Shown here one piece after another: positions 17,899 through 35,734 of a stretch of 64,000 bases of DNA. The notes under the pieces were generated by a model. It searched no databases. It was given only the letters and a program-made list of their open reading frames with translations, and had not been told where the DNA came from. The first letter of the stretch is position 1. Each line of letters begins with the position of its first letter. Source of the stretch: the human T2T-CHM13v2.0 reference genome, Homo sapiens. Location: assembly GCF_009914755.1 (NCBI RefSeq), contig NC_060925.1; one strand, written 5' to 3'. The position numbers were made by a program, and so were the translations under genes.

Positions 17899-18207
17899 AT
17901 TGGTTTTCCCATATATGAACATATTATATAGCTCTTCATTCATGTATGTTTTCTTTATTACCTTTCGGTAAATGTTTATATTCTCCATAAAGACATTAAC
18001 ATGTTTTGTTGGAATTCTTCTTAGGTACTTTAGGGTTATTATTTGTTACTGTGAATGGATTGTTCTTTTTAAAACTTACATTTTCTAATTGATTGATTGC
18101 TGTTGACCTGTATGGGTTTTTACTATTAATGAGATATATAACAAACTGAACTCTTTTATTAAGTCTAATACCTTGTGGATCCTCTTGAATATTCCATGTA
18201 GATTATC

Positions 18208-18295
18208 ATGTCTGCAATTATGACTCTTTTGTCATAATTGCAGATAATATGTCTGCAATTATGACTCTTTTGTCATAATTGCAGATAATATGTCT
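18208..18295. repeat. 41-bp tandem duplication of a hairpin-forming unit
   Basis: Identical copies at 18208-18248 and 18249-18289, each with a 14-bp inverted repeat. Confidence 0.95.
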
Positions 18296-18583
18296 CTTTC
18301 TTTTTAATCCTAATTCCTCTTATTGACTTTTCTTGTCATATTCTTCTAGCTAGGGTCTCTAGAACCATGTTGAATAGAAGTAATGATGGTGGGAATCCTT
18401 GTCAGTTCTAAGTTTTGTAAGGGACTGCTTCTATCACTTAGCCATTAAGTATGATGTTCACTGTGTGATATGGGTACACATGCTTTATCAAGGTCAGGAA
18501 ATTTTTGTCCCAGTTTGCTAATATTTTTTAAATTTCATAAATCAGAATTGAATTTTATGAAATGTTTTCTCTACATCCATTGA

Positions 18584-18902
<319 letters not shown>

Positions 18903-19379
18903 TCTTAATATGTTAATGTAGGAGTTACATTAAGAGATTTTTTTAGTGTTAAATGATTTTTATATTATTTGCATCAAAGATGCTTTGGTCATTATTATTA
19001 TTTTAAAATATATTGCTGGATTTGACTTGCTAACATTTCATTTGGAAGTTTCACATCTGTTTGCTAGTGAATGTGGCTTATAATTTTCTTTTCTTGCACT
19101 CCCTTCATTTAGTTTGGTTTCAGAGTGATACTAGCTTTAGGAAATAAGTTGGGGTATGTTTCCTCTTTTTCTACTCTCTGAAGAGTTTACGTAAGATTGG
19201 ATTAATACAGTTTGGTAGGATTTGTCTCTAAAGGCATTTGGACATGGGGATTATTCATGTGTCAATTTTGAACTACTAACTTAATTTTTTAAAATGGTTA
19301 TAGGACTTTTCAGTTTTTATATTTATTCTTAAATTATATATAGATTAAAAAATTTTGTTTTAAATTTTCCTGTCTATAG

Positions 19380-19703
<324 letters not shown>

Positions 19704-20528
19704 GAAGTGCTGTTTTTTTTCTTTAACATTATGGGCATTTTCTAGATCATTCAATATTTACTGAGAAGATGACCTGTAACGCATTGACTTTAGCAGTAGT
19801 TTTTCTTTCTGATTAACTTTATTTCTAGAATTTTATTAGGTTGCATATGTCCCATGGATAGGGTGGCATAAGTGGCCGTGCTGGGCACATGGTAGACATA
19901 TAGTAATTTCTGCTGGATATCGTACCCAGAACTACTCAGGCGTTGTAACTTTCCAGAGCAAAAAATTGGAATTTCCTCATGTTTTACAGGGGGAGGGTAA
20001 AGGCGATTCTATGAAAATTAACAAAGGGGGTTGGGGGAGGAGGGCTTTCCTTTTTGCTAAAGGAAAAATAACACATTCTTTTCGAATGATGACTTATTTT
20101 TGAAAGGCATCCTGGCTGAAATGATGAGCTCAGGTTTTGGGTCTGAGCAGTTCCTATTGAAAGATACTTGTGGAGATTTCCAAAAGTGCATATAAGAATG
20201 GCAGGTTCTTAGTTCTGGGGGAAGAGTGACTGGGGAGGAAATACGTCTTCCCCTTTTATTGATCTCAGTTACGTGCTATGACATCACATGTAATTTTTTG
20301 TGGAGCTGTTCTGATGCCCCACATGAGGCCCGTGTCCTTTGCTGCCAGTGCATTCCAAGAGGGCTGTACCCTGGGGGCTATGCAGGCAGCTATTCTTGTG
20401 TGGGCTTTTGCCATGCCTGTTTCAGGTTTGGAACTGTATACCTTTCAGGAGCATGGCTTATGACATAGCAATTCCATTTTCTTAACAAAAACGAACCCTA
20501 TTTTTACTTTAAAAGTAAACATTCCCTC

Positions 20529-20901
20529 TGCTGTGGTTTGAATGTGTCCCTGAAAGTTCACATGTTGGAAACTTCATCCTCCGTAACAGTGTTAAGAGGT
20601 GAGACCTTTAAGAGGTGATTAGGTGGTGAGGACTCGCCCTCATGAATGGATTAATGTCATTATCTTGGGAATTATCTTGGGTTTCTGATAAAAAGATGAG
20701 GTTAGCCTCCTTCTCTTGCTCTCTCTTGTTCATGTGATGCCCTCCACCATGTTATGACCCAGCAAGAAGACCCTCACCAGATGTTGGCTTCTTGATCCTG
20801 GACTTCCTAGTTTCCAGAACTGCAAAGAAATGAGTTTTTGCTCTTTATAAATTACCCAGTCCAAGGTATTGTGTTATAGCAGCGCAACATGGGCCAACAC
20901 A
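20529..20901 (+). mobile_element. MaLR solo LTR (MST-type, MSTD-like)
   Basis: TG...CA ends, tggtttgaatgtgtccc start, 5-bp TSD CCCTC. Confidence 0.85.
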
Positions 20902-22159
20902 CCCTCTATCCATCTCTCCACCGGCCAAAATCAACTAAGTGTCCAGCTTCATTACAGCCAGTGTCCTTTGGAGGAGAAGTCTCTGAACATTCCTGTTGAG
21001 ATTCCTGATTGGAGCTGTGTGAAACCCATTTAGATTGAAATCAGAAACATGGTCAGGTTGTGAGTTTTCCTTTTGGAGAGCCCTCCCTTATTTTCACATG
21101 CTCATTCTCAAAAGCACTTTGTACATCATGTGATTTGTATGTTTTTTGCTTGGTACGATTACACAGCCCTTTACAACCCACTGCCCACACATGAGCTGAC
21201 CCAGTGGCTTCGTGCTGTAAAGGCAGATCCAGAAGGCAGTGCTGCCAGGCTCTCTTACAAAAATCAGTTTGTCTTCTTTTGAGATATTCCTGTTCTGAGA
21301 GTTAAAACAAACTCTTGAAGGCAGCAGTATATTATAGATGCAAAATCTCACATAAAAACCATTTAAGAAAATCTGGGGACATGGAAATTGTTTTTTTCCC
21401 TTTAACAAGATGGTACCACTAATGTATTCTTATTTTTTTGCCCAGAGAGTAGCAATTTCTAAATTGTTAGACATGGTTCTTCTTTGGTTTCACATAACCC
21501 ATTCCTTCATGGTACTTAAAGTTAGTAAATGGTTGAAATACTTCCTTGAGAAGTAGAAATGAGGAAGCATGAAGAGATTAAATGAGTCACTTAAAGCCAC
21601 TGTAAGGAAGTTTTCCTTCCTTTTTATTGGTTTCTGCCTTTGGTGTTCTGCTGCTTACCCTCCCTCCTTCCTACCTGCCTTGTGCTGGAAAGGGCCGGGA
21701 TTTGGGTATGCCCTTCTCAGCTGTGTGACTTCGAACAAGCTATTTGACGTCTCAAGGTCTTACATTTCTCATCTGTAAAATCTAAGATCCTTCTCTTCAA
21801 ATGGCTCCCAGGTCACCCCTGCTGCAGACCAGGAATATGGCTAACATTTTGGGATTTGACATCAAATCCTGAGTTGACTTTACGTAACCTGGGTCCATGA
21901 CATGTACTAGCTGCAAACAAGAAGCTGATGTGCACATTGTCTCAGGACACCTGGAAGCAAAATGTTGAATGTTAGATTTAGAAGGGACCTTCATCTTCCC
22001 TGAGTCCAACAGCCCCATCGTCCGGATGAGGAAGCTGAGGCCAAGGTTAGCCCTTGAGGGCTGCAGTGCTGAGGTCCTGTGTCCTTGCCCCTGGCCAGTG
22101 CTGCTCAGCCTTCCCCACTTTTAGGAGAGTTGGTTGACTTTTTGTAAGACCCAGGTGGG

Positions 22160-23019
22160 TATAAACCAACAATAACATTCTGAGCTCCCCAACCAACTGA
22201 ATGGACCTCTCCTCTCCGCGAAGGGCATTCTAAAGTCAGCCTGAAATGCTAATCCAGGCGGTGATGGGAATGGGCTGTGGGACGTGCCTCCATTACAGCC
22301 TCCTCCCCTTGGAATTCAGGCACAGCTGACCAGCATTCACATTAAAATAGAGACTTCAGACTGACAAAGCGGACTCTTTGTAGCAATGAGATACCAACTT
22401 GACAGATAGCCGGCCCCAAAAGAAATAAAAGTATTTTGCCTCAAAATATATTTCTTTGATGTATTTTGAAATGTCCCTGCAAAGCTGTCTCTTGTGGGGA
22501 AAATCTACATTCTGTGGAGAATCTCCTTCCCTTCCCAGGTCTTTTTCCTGATCCAGTAGAGAATTAACTAAGAATCTGGCACTTTTTGAAGTCTGATAAG
22601 AAACATTTACCATCTATTCTCTCCAAAGCCTGCTACCTGGAGGCTTCATCTGCATAATAAGAACCTTGGTTTCCATAACCCCTTATCTTAACCCAGACAC
22701 TCCCTTCTATTGATTCCAGGTCTTTAGATAAACTCAACCAATTGCCAATCAGAAAGTGTTTGAATCCACCTGTGACCAGGAACCCCCTCAGCAATCCTCT
22801 GAGTTGTCCTGCCTTTCAGGACCAAAGCAATGTACATCTTACATGTATTGATTGACCTCTTGTGTTTCCCTACAATGTATACAACCAAGCTATAGCCCGA
22901 CCACTTGGGCACGCATTCTCAGGATCTCCTGGGGCTGTGTCACAGGCCACGGTCACTCATATTTGGCTCAGAATAAGTCTCTTCAAACATTTTACAGAGT
23001 TTGACTCCTTTTGTTTACA
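22160..23019 (+). mobile_element. ERV1 solo LTR, MER4 family (MER4D-like)
   Basis: taaaccaa...ccccaaccaactgaatggacc start; cagagtttgactc...ca end; 4-bp TSD TGGG. Confidence 0.85.
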
Positions 23020-23320
23020 TGGGATTGACAGATGATATCCCCTGCCTCGAGGGAATACGTGTGTGGGCATCTGAAATGTCATCTCAGCTCACCTCTCAAT
23101 GAGTGGGAAGAGACTGGAACACTTTTCTCCATGGTCCTTGAATTTTTGTCGTTAAACGAGTTACTCTTCAGGGCCCGTCGTGTGAAAAGCTTTGCTGCAC
23201 ATCAGCCTGGAGGAAGGCTGGACAGGAGAAATAGCTTCCCACCAAAGCCCTCCCGTGTCTAGAAGCATCACAGTGGCCCTTGCTTAGGTGGCAGAGGACA
23301 GGGGTAGATATTTGTGATCA

Positions 23321-23632
<312 letters not shown>

Positions 23633-25243
23633 TCAGAAGCTTCTCGATCTTGTCACATTCTCCGGTGGTGAGTTGAGAGCAGCCCAGGCCTGGGGTCCTA
23701 GGGAGCTTGACGTGGCTACTGTTCTAGACAGTGCTGAGTTTGTCATCACCTTGCTTTCATTATGATTTCCTCCTCCTCGTCACCACCTACGGTGTTTATG
23801 GAGTTCGCTGTACATGAAGCCCCAGCGTCCAGAGGTGTAAGACAGAGCCCCTTCTAGGAGCTGCTGTCCATCCCACTGAAAGGCAGGTCTGACACAGAAG
23901 AGACAAACAACCATACTGGGCCTCTGGGGCCCCGTGAGATGTGAACTTCAGGTACCAGAGTGCATGCGGGAGGAGGCCTGGGTGCCCTGGGGACCCAAAG
24001 CAGGAGCTCATTTCTGACCTGCCTCTCTCACCAAGCTTCCTTTGCTGAATGCCGTGGGCAAACAGTGGTGTTGGTATTGGAGCAGGATCAAAGCTCATTC
24101 CTGGCTAACCTGCAAAAATGAGCAGGTAAACAAATGGGATCCATAAAATAGAGACTAAAATGAAAGTTTGTCTTACTGTGATTAGCAACTGGCCCCTTTC
24201 CAAATTCCACCTGCTCTGCGTGGAGCTGTGGCGTCTCATTCCAAGAGCCTTCTCACAGCATCTGACCCGGGCCTGGGGTAACAGTACACTGGGGTTTGCC
24301 AAGGATAACCATAGCAAGGCAGCTACAGGAGCACAGCATGGTGGGGGGGCATGAAATCAGAACAAGCAGGACCCACGGGCGGGGGTGAGAGCAAGTGGCT
24401 GGGAGGCAGAGGCAGAAGTGATGGCTGCTGACTCACCGTGTGTCTGCCAGGTTGCTTAACCCATCTCCGCTCCGGTTTTCCCATGCGTGAGCCCTCTGCA
24501 GTGTGTGGCATGCTGATCGGCCTCTGGCATGAAGAGTAAAAGCAAGGCCACATAAAAATCACAGGTGCCCCTCGCTTCGTGCAACATGTGTGCCAGTCCA
24601 GTTTCTGCAACAGCCCCCCAGGCGCTGAGCCTGCTCCATGGGTTGGGAGATGTTAGACCTCAAGCTGTGCCCCTAGCTGGGTGGGTATGGGAAGTTACAT
24701 GGCAGTGCTGGCTGCATTCTGCTTATCACTGAAAGAAGTGGCTTTGGAATGGGTGATTTCTTAAGGTGTTTCCCCACTCAGTTCTTCTGTTCATTTTTGT
24801 ACATTATTATCTCTTCATTGTTGTACATTTGTTGGAGCTTAGCCCCAACAGTGCCTGCCTAGGTGGTGCGGACTGAGGAATAGAGATGGAGTAATCATGA
24901 TATCCAATGTCTTATCTCACTGGCCTCCCCGCCCCACCACATCCCTTCCCATTGGACGGTGAGGACTGAGGCTCCATCGCTGAAATGCACACGTGTTACC
25001 AGGCAGGGTTGTGAGGGCCAGTTCAATGAACATAAATACCCTTGTCAGATCAGTTGTCATGATTCTAGAGAATAAGGCCGGAGGAAGTGAGCATGCTGAT
25101 ACTAAAGAACAGGGGAGAGAATACTGGGTTTGGTTGTGCCTGGTCACTAAAAGCAAACTTCACCCACTGAGAACCTGCTAGTCAACCTCCTATGATGTTC
25201 AGAAGCCTCTTGAATGTTGATAATTAATGGACAGGGTGAGCTT

Positions 25244-25551
25244 GGCCAGGCAGGCTGGCTCATGCCTGCAGTCCCAGCACTTTGGGAGGTCAAGGTGGGC
25301 AGATCGCTTGAGCTCAGGAGTTCAAGACCAGGCTGGGCCACATGGCAAAATGCTGTCTCTGGAAAAAATACAAAAAAAATTAGCCAGATATGGTGGCATG
25401 CACCTGTAGTCCCAGCTCCTTGGGAGGGTGAGGCAGCAGGATTGCTTAGGCCCAGGAGGTCAAGGCTGCAGTGAGACAAGATTGCACTGCTGCACCCCAG
25501 CATGAGTGACAGAGCGAGGTCCTGTCTCAAAAAAAAAAAAAAAAAAAAAAA
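25244..25551 (+). mobile_element. AluJ
   Basis: Full dimer, TSD GGTGAGCTT. Confidence 0.95.
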
Positions 25552-26536
25552 GGTGAGCTTTTCTCTACTGAGTTTCTTGAAGTGTGGCACAACTGAGGCA
25601 TAGCATAGTGGGACAGGATGCTGTTCATTTATCTGAGAGGTGAAAGGATGTACCTCCTGCTGCTTTTTTGGTGGGATGGGGTCGGAGGAGAGCCTGATGA
25701 GCCAGGCAAGGAGAGGAGGTAACAGAACACTGGTGGAGTTGATGGTGAGAAGCTGGACTCTCTCAGTGGGCTGTTTGCCTGCCCCTCCCTTCATTTCCCA
25801 TAGGCTTCGGTAGAAGCGTGGCCTGCAGAATCAGGAAACAGTGCTGGTTAATCTGTAAGTATGCAACATTCTTGGGCCTTTCTGTCACTGAAGAGCATAA
25901 TGTAATTCAGGCCAGTGCAGTACTGAGATATGGAGTGTGGCCAGCACCCATGGCAGGTGCTTGGAGGTTTATCCTAGTCTTTCTGCTAACTTCCTGGCCC
26001 AAGTGCAGGTCACTTACCTTTTCTGGGATTCAGGTACCTGTAAGAAGAGAAGTGAGTGTGTTGGACTCCCTCTAGGGAACTGGAAGGAATAAGCAATAAG
26101 TATACTTTGACATTTTATAAATAGAACATGTTTAATACATGCATTTCAACGAGGCCTATAGGATTAACAACTTTGGAGGCATGTGTACCGGTTTGCGGTC
26201 AGTGCTCACACCACCTGGTGGAATTTCCTTCCTTTGACTGGCAGGAAGAGGGAAGTACTTCTCACACATCTGTTACCTTCTGCCAAGTGTAAATGTCATG
26301 CTGGCATCTGTGTCTTAATTGTATTGGCATTCCCTTGTACTGGGCCTGGATGGGGTGGGTGCTCAACCCACACAGACAGAACCAAGCTCCCGACTGCAGA
26401 CACACATCATTAAGTTTCTGGACTTCAGCCACAGTATCTTTGTTATTAGATTATTAACTCAATAGCCTTCTTGTCTTTTAGCCTAGGACTCTGGACATAG
26501 CTCTCTGTAGATGCTTATTGATGACTGATTGGCTAA

Positions 26537-27470
<934 letters not shown>

Positions 27471-28024
27471 CAACCCTTGTATTTCTTGATGGTTTTCACA
27501 TGCAGAAGCCCAAAATCTGGGAGATACCGATGGCCCCTGGATCCAACACTAGAGTTATTTCTCTCCACAGCAGTTTGCCTCATGCTCCTTTGGTCACTGA
27601 TAAGTGTTGTTAACATTTTTCAAATATCCTGTCTGCACTGAGGTGTGACGAGCACATTATTACCTCTGATTCCCATGCTGACACACAGATCGGGCATGTC
27701 TTTGTGTTTGTCTTTGGAGAGCCTTATTTTTCTCATGTGATATATACACCGAAATACACAGGAATCATTATTGTACAGAACATAGGAGACAGCCACTATG
27801 AAAGCAACTGTCCGGCTGATGGAAGAAAAGTTCAGGGGCTTCTCATTTTGATTACCTGTGATTTTGCTTTGCATACAATTTTATTTCCTTGGTGAGAGCT
27901 GCTTCTTCCTTGCTGACTTTTAAGAGACATTGGAAGACATGGGGCGGGTCTTCTGAACATCTACCTGTGCGTCACTTTTTAATTTCTTTTCCAGGTAGAG
28001 TCTGCAGTGAGGGAATGAGTTCTT

Positions 28025-28342
28025 TTTTTGTTTATTTGTTTGTTTTTTATTTTTTTTTGAGATGGAGTTTCGCTATTGTTGCTCTGGCTGGAGTGCAATG
28101 GCGCGATCTTGGCTCACTGCAACCCACACCTTCTGGGGTTCAAGCGATTCTCCTGCCTCAGGCTCCCGAATAGCTGGGATTACAGGCATGCACCTCCACG
28201 CCTGGCTAACTTTTGTATTTTCAGGAGGGACGTGGTTTCTCCATGTTGGCCAGGCTGGTCTCAAACTCCCGACTTCAAGTGATCCTCCCACCTCGGCCTC
28301 CCAAAGTGCTGGGATTACAGGCGTGAGCCACTGCGCCTGGCC
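28025..28342 (-). mobile_element. AluS
   Basis: TSD GGAATGAGTTCTT. Confidence 0.95.
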
Positions 28343-30199
28343 AGGAATGAGTTCTTAATGAGAGACTCTTGAGTCTTTCTCTGGAAGTAGAATGGAATTT
28401 TTAGAAGGATGAAAGACAGATGTTCATTTCACAGAGCAGGCTGCTCTATTCACATGCAGCCTCAACACCAGTGACATTCCAACCAGTGTTTAGGGTTTAG
28501 TTAGGGAGAGAACTTCATCCCCATTAGTTCATATGTGTGTATGTTAAAGCACTTAGAACCATACCTGGCACATAAGAAAAATTCTGTAAGTATTCATTGT
28601 TCTTGTTATTACCATCATCCTTGTAATTCAGTGATTCATGGCGGGGTGCAGTCAAGGAGTGTCATGACAAGCGAACTTCAGAAGACTGCATCAGACTTAC
28701 AGGTCACTGCTTTTGTAGCCCCAGTACGGTAGGAGAAACATCCACTGGGAGGTGGGTCCCTCGTTAGCCCTAAGAGTGGATTGCTGATGCCTTCTGCTTC
28801 ACCCTCTGCTTGTGCTCCTTCTTCCAAGCTGTTAATTTCTCTGAAATCTTGTGTTTCTTTACGCAGGGGTTCACATCCTGATTGCTTGTTCCACTCGGAA
28901 GGGAAGGCAGAGGGCTTGCATCTGAAGCCATGCCTCCTTCATCAGTGCTGTATCGAGCTCTAGGTTTGGGTTCTTGGCACTTCGGTGCTTCCCTTCTCAC
29001 TCAGTAGTCATAATGTTAGCACGGTTGATGCATTGACACGCTCTAGTGAGCAGTTTGCAGGCATCTATCATGAACTGTTCAAAGAGATACGCAGATACAT
29101 CTCACAAACACTGATGGAATACTTAGTATGTGCTAGGAGGGCACTAGGGAGAGAAAGATGAAAGGCAGCGCCTGCTGTTGATTTCATTTGCATCTTGCCC
29201 TCAGGACTCAGGTTAATTGGTCTAGGAGCTTATAGACTATTAGGCTTCCTAGACCCCTTGGGAGACATGGGACTTGCCAGACCCATTTCCCCAAAAAAGG
29301 TAAGCACTGTGGAGGATTCTTCTCCTAGAGTCTAGCATCCATCATTTCACCAGTGTGGCTGATTCCAAAAAATGCATTTTGACAAGAAGAGAAACACAGT
29401 TAGTTAACAGACGTCAGAATGTGAAATAACTTTGGCTGATTGGAGGAGTTAACCGGTTCTTTTGTCATCTTGTGGTCCGTTCTGTGTGTGTCTGCTTAGC
29501 TTTCTCACGCTGAGCCTTTTCCCTCAGGATCTTCAGCAGTTTTTTCCAGTATGTAGATGATTCAACTCACAGATGGCAGCTTCTAAGTTATTATGCCACT
29601 GATTAAAGAATTGTTAAGGCAGACTTATTTCTCTAAATACAAACACATGCAAAACTGAGATTTTGACCAAAACTTTGCTAGACACAATAGTGTATTGTTT
29701 CTCTCTTCAAAGTGTGTTCCATGATAGACTTGTGTTTTATAAAACAGCAGTGCTTGGCATGTATATTACGAGGTCTATCACCAAAGAATTCTAAGCTCTT
29801 TTTAAAAAGACATTTTTAAGGTAAATGACCATTTAAAAAAGATACTCCGTCTCTTCTATTTTTTTCCTTTCTTATATCTTCAGCAACATCCTAAATGTGA
29901 CAATGTACGTAAAACACTACTGCATAGAGTGAATGTTCACTAATGCTGATGACTGTCTTTATTGGTATCTCTAATAGTTGGATTTGTGGTTAAACATATA
30001 TGCTTCTTGCCCCAAATGACTACATCTTTGTTTTCTGTTCGGGCAAACAGAGAACTGGAGTTCACTGTGATCTCTTCACTGTTAACACTATTTAAGTGTT
30101 ATTCAAAGAAAATGGAAACTTTTGGTCTCAGTGTCATGCCAACTTGTTCTAGATTATTGTTCTTAAAAAAAAAACAAAACAAAAAAAAACAGAGCCCCA

Positions 30200-31980
<1,781 letters not shown>

Positions 31981-32082
31981 ACCACACAGTTCTGCCATTC
32001 CACTCCCAGGAACAGACCCTGGTGGAAAGAGAATAAGCTTTGGAGTCAGTCCAGGATTTGAATCCATCTTTTACCATTTTCT

Positions 32083-32391
32083 TTTCTTTCTTTCTTTCTT
32101 TCTTTTTTTTTTTGAGATGGAGTCTCATTCTGTCACCCACGCGGAGTGCAGTGGCGCAATCTTGGCTCACTGCAACCTCCGCTTCCCGGGTTCAAGCAAT
32201 TCCCTGCTTCAGCCTCCCGATTAGCTGGGACTACAGGCGCCTACCACCACGCCCGGCTAATTTTTGTATTTTTAGTAGGGACGGGGTTTCACCATCTTGG
32301 TCAGCCTGGTCTTGAACTCCTGACCTTGTGATCCACCTGCCTTGGCCTCCCAAAGTGCTGGGATTACAGATGTGAGCCACTGTGCCTGGCC
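32083..32391 (-). mobile_element. AluS inserted into a MIR relic (about 32020-32520)
   Basis: TSD TTTTACCATTTTCT. Confidence 0.9.
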
Positions 32392-33220
32392 TGTTTTACC
32401 ATTTTCTAATTGTGTGCCCCTGAGCCTATGACTTTCTCAGTTCCCTTATCTGTACAGTGAGAGAATGTTGTGTTTAGTAACTGAAAATTCATGGCATATA
32501 GTAAACCTCACTAAATGCAGACACTTTTATTAACATGTGACTGAAGGGCAGGCCCCCTGTGGGCCTGGTCTTATCCTTATCCTTTTTAGTATATGCACTT
32601 CTTCTCCACAGTGCATATGCTAATACTAGGTATTCAAGAAAGCAAGGTTTGATTTGGATTTGCAGTGTCTCCCCTAAATGCTCAGCTCCTGCTATATGCA
32701 TTTCATTCTGCACAAACCTCCTCGCCGCCTGCCACATCTAAGCTATGATACAAATATTCTTCACGTGTGAAATTCCTTGCTCACTGCTTTTACCTCACTG
32801 TGGCCATCTTCTCTACTAAGAAAGTCAGCTGTGGTATCAACACACAAGAATGTGTGCAGCTGGTAGTGTATACATTCAGAATAACAAAGGTTATTACACT
32901 GAAAGGATGTGTTTTTTCTTTATTACTGGGCATCTTAATTGCTTCTTGGATGTTACAAGCCCAGCATTGCGAAGTACACCGTAGAGCAGAGGACTAATCT
33001 GTGGATTGAGTTGAGGCACAACCCTGTGAGTGCCCTTTCTCAGTGCAGCAGTCTCAGAGGTAATTTTACTCTTTTCTGAAATCTCATTTCTTATTTTGGT
33101 GTGTGCAGAAAAGCTCAACTGGAGTTACCTGCAAATGCAGGCATATGTGATAGCTCTGCTCAGCCACGTATTAAGCCACAAGCAGCCAAGAACAGATACT
33201 ACTGGCGACAGCTAAGTAAT

Positions 33221-33221
<1 letters not shown>

Positions 33222-33271
<50 letters not shown>
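33222..33271. repeat. (CA)n microsatellite, about 25 units
   Basis: Perfect run. Confidence 0.98.
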
Positions 33272-33276
<5 letters not shown>

Positions 33277-33609
33277 AGAAAAGTGATAAAGAAGCAAGAA
33301 TTCCAAGTGAGTTACAAACTCCAAGGACTTGGAACATATTCTGAGGAATTCTTAAATTGAGGCTTACGAGTGAGAATATATAATGTGTCTCCTTAAACGT
33401 TTTGGGGTGACAGATATTTCTGGGTTGTGGGTGATATTTTTAGGGAGCTTTAAAGAATGAATTCAGGAGACTTGCAGCCTGATGCTGGTTGTCTGGGTAT
33501 TTTGGGACATTTCTTATAGCCCAGCTTTTTATTGCTCAACACAGATTTAGAAGCTTGTCCTAATCACCAGGAAGATCCTTAAAGACTGGCAATAAAGACA
33601 GGAATTTCA

Positions 33610-33772
33610 GGAGCCAGGCACAGTGCCTCATGCCTATAATCCTAGCACTTCGGGACATGGGGGTGGAAGGATCACGTGAACCCAGGAGGTTGAGGCTGCA
33701 GTGAGCCATGATTGCACCACTGCACTCTAGGCTGGGTGACACAGCAGGACCCCGTCTGTAAAGAAATAATAA
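33610..33772 (+). mobile_element. FRAM-like Alu monomer
   Basis: Single monomer with right-arm 3' end. Confidence 0.8.
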
Positions 33773-33774
33773 CA

Positions 33775-34057
33775 GGCCTGGCGCGGTGGCTCATGCCTGT
33801 AATCCCAGCACTTTGGGAAGCCGGGCCAGGTGGATCACAAGGTCAGGAGATCGAGACCATCCTGGCTAACACAGTGAAACCCCATCTCTACTAAAAAATA
33901 CAAAAAAAATTAGCCAGGCATGGTGGCACACGCCTGTAGTCCCAGCTACTCAGGAGGCTGAGGCAGAATTACTTGAACCCAGGGGGCAGATGTTGCAGTG
34001 AGCCGAGATCACACCACTGGACTCCAGCCTGGGTGATGGAGCGAGACTCCATCTCCA

Positions 34058-34104
<47 letters not shown>
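33775..34104 (+). mobile_element. AluSc/Y with (TAA)n tail
   Basis: (AAT)~15 at 34058-34103. Confidence 0.95.
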
Positions 34105-34105
<1 letters not shown>

Positions 34106-34395
34106 GTTTTTTTTTTAAAAATTGGGATTTTAGACCAATGTGAGGGAAGTTAGCAGCATGGCCCTGAGAAGCCATGTTTCCAGAGTGCACTGTTAGGACT
34201 GCTGAAACAGTTTAAGTACAGACATACAAGTCAGCACACAGGAAGCAGAGCCCGGGAGGATTAGACCTGACATTTGAACCAGTCCGAGCCCCTCTGTCTA
34301 GGTATCTCCTCCAATCCTCCAGTCATCCCTGGTTAAATATTTTGATTTCTTTTGTTAATACTGTATAATAATTCTAAATCTTTCTGAGCCAACAT

Positions 34396-34487
34396 TAAGG
34401 TGACCAAACATCCTGGTTTGCATGGGACACAGGACTTTCAGTGCTAAAACTGGGACAGTTCTGAGCAAACTGGGATGCTTGGTCCTA
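34396..34487. mobile_element. MER81-like hAT-Blackjack MITE
   Basis: ggtgaccaa..cctggtttgc...ggactttcagtgctaaaactgggacag...gcaaactggga..ttggtc. Confidence 0.75.
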
Positions 34488-34541
34488 GCGGACAACTGCT
34501 TTGTGTGTCTGGTACAGGTGAGCCACAGCTGTGTATACATG

Positions 34542-34626
34542 TGTAGTGGGTTGAATAGGGACCCACCAAAAAAGGTGTGTCCACCTAGAATCTCAGAATG
34601 TGATCTGATTTGGAATAAAGGTCTTT
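34542..34626 (+). mobile_element. MLT1 (MLT1C-like) LTR, 5' part
   Basis: tgtagtgggttgaat...cagaatgtga...tttggaataaaggtcttt. Confidence 0.75.
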
Positions 34627-34760
34627 TTTATAACAATGACAACAACAAAATCTACCCTTTCAACTAATTTTAAAGTGTACAATACAATATTGTTAATTAT
34701 ATGGACACTGTTGTACAATAGATCTCTAGAAATTTTTCATCTTCCATAACCAAAATGCTG

Positions 34761-34915
34761 CTCCCACCGAACGGCTCCTCTCCCCCTCCTCCTCCCACCC
34801 AACGGCCCCTCTCCCCCTCCTCCTCCCACCGAACGGCCCCTCTCCCCCTCCTCCTCCCACCCAACGGCCCCTCTCCCCCTCCTCCTCCCACCCAACGGCC
34901 CCTCTCCCCCTCCTC
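34761..34915. repeat. 31-bp C-rich minisatellite, 5 copies
   Basis: AACGG recurs at 34770, 34801, 34832, 34863, 34894. Confidence 0.95.
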
Positions 34916-35068
34916 CCTGCTCTGTGGCTGCCACCATTCTACTTTCTGCTGCTTTGATTTTGACTACATTAGCTACCTCATCTAAATAGAATCACACAGT
35001 ATTTGTATTCTGGGACTGGCTTATTTCACTTAGTATAATGGCCTCAAGGTTCATTCATATTGTAGTGA

Positions 35069-35380
<312 letters not shown>

Positions 35381-35734
35381 CCACCCCCTGCCACCTTTTT
35401 TTTTAAAGGCTGAATAATATTCCGTTGTCTGTATAGACCACATTTTCTTTATCCACTCATCCATCAGTGGATGTTCAGGTTGTTCCCACTGTTTTGCTAT
35501 CGTGAACAGTGATGCAGCGAACATGGGAATGCAAATATTTCTTTGAGATTCTGTTTTCAATTCTATTGAATAAATACCCAGAGGTGGGGTTGCTAGATCA
35601 CATGGTAGTTCTGTTTTTAATTTTCTGAGGAAACTCCATTCTGTTTTGCATAGCAGCAGCATTATATATTCTCATCAACAGTGAACAAGGATTTCAGTTT
35701 CTCCACATCCTAATCAACACTTACTTTCTGCTGT

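Noticed and set aside
25147-25794. 215-aa minus-strand ORF
   Set aside because: Mostly antisense Alu, including a poly-Phe from the tail
29528-29548. 21-nt microexon (cag|GATC...CCA|gtatgt)
   Set aside because: Weak donor exon side and no independent support; such matches are common by chance
34761-34915. CRISPR-like array (also 48811-48960 and 57278-57323)
   Set aside because: Contiguous tandem units without unique spacers, no cas genes, primate DNA
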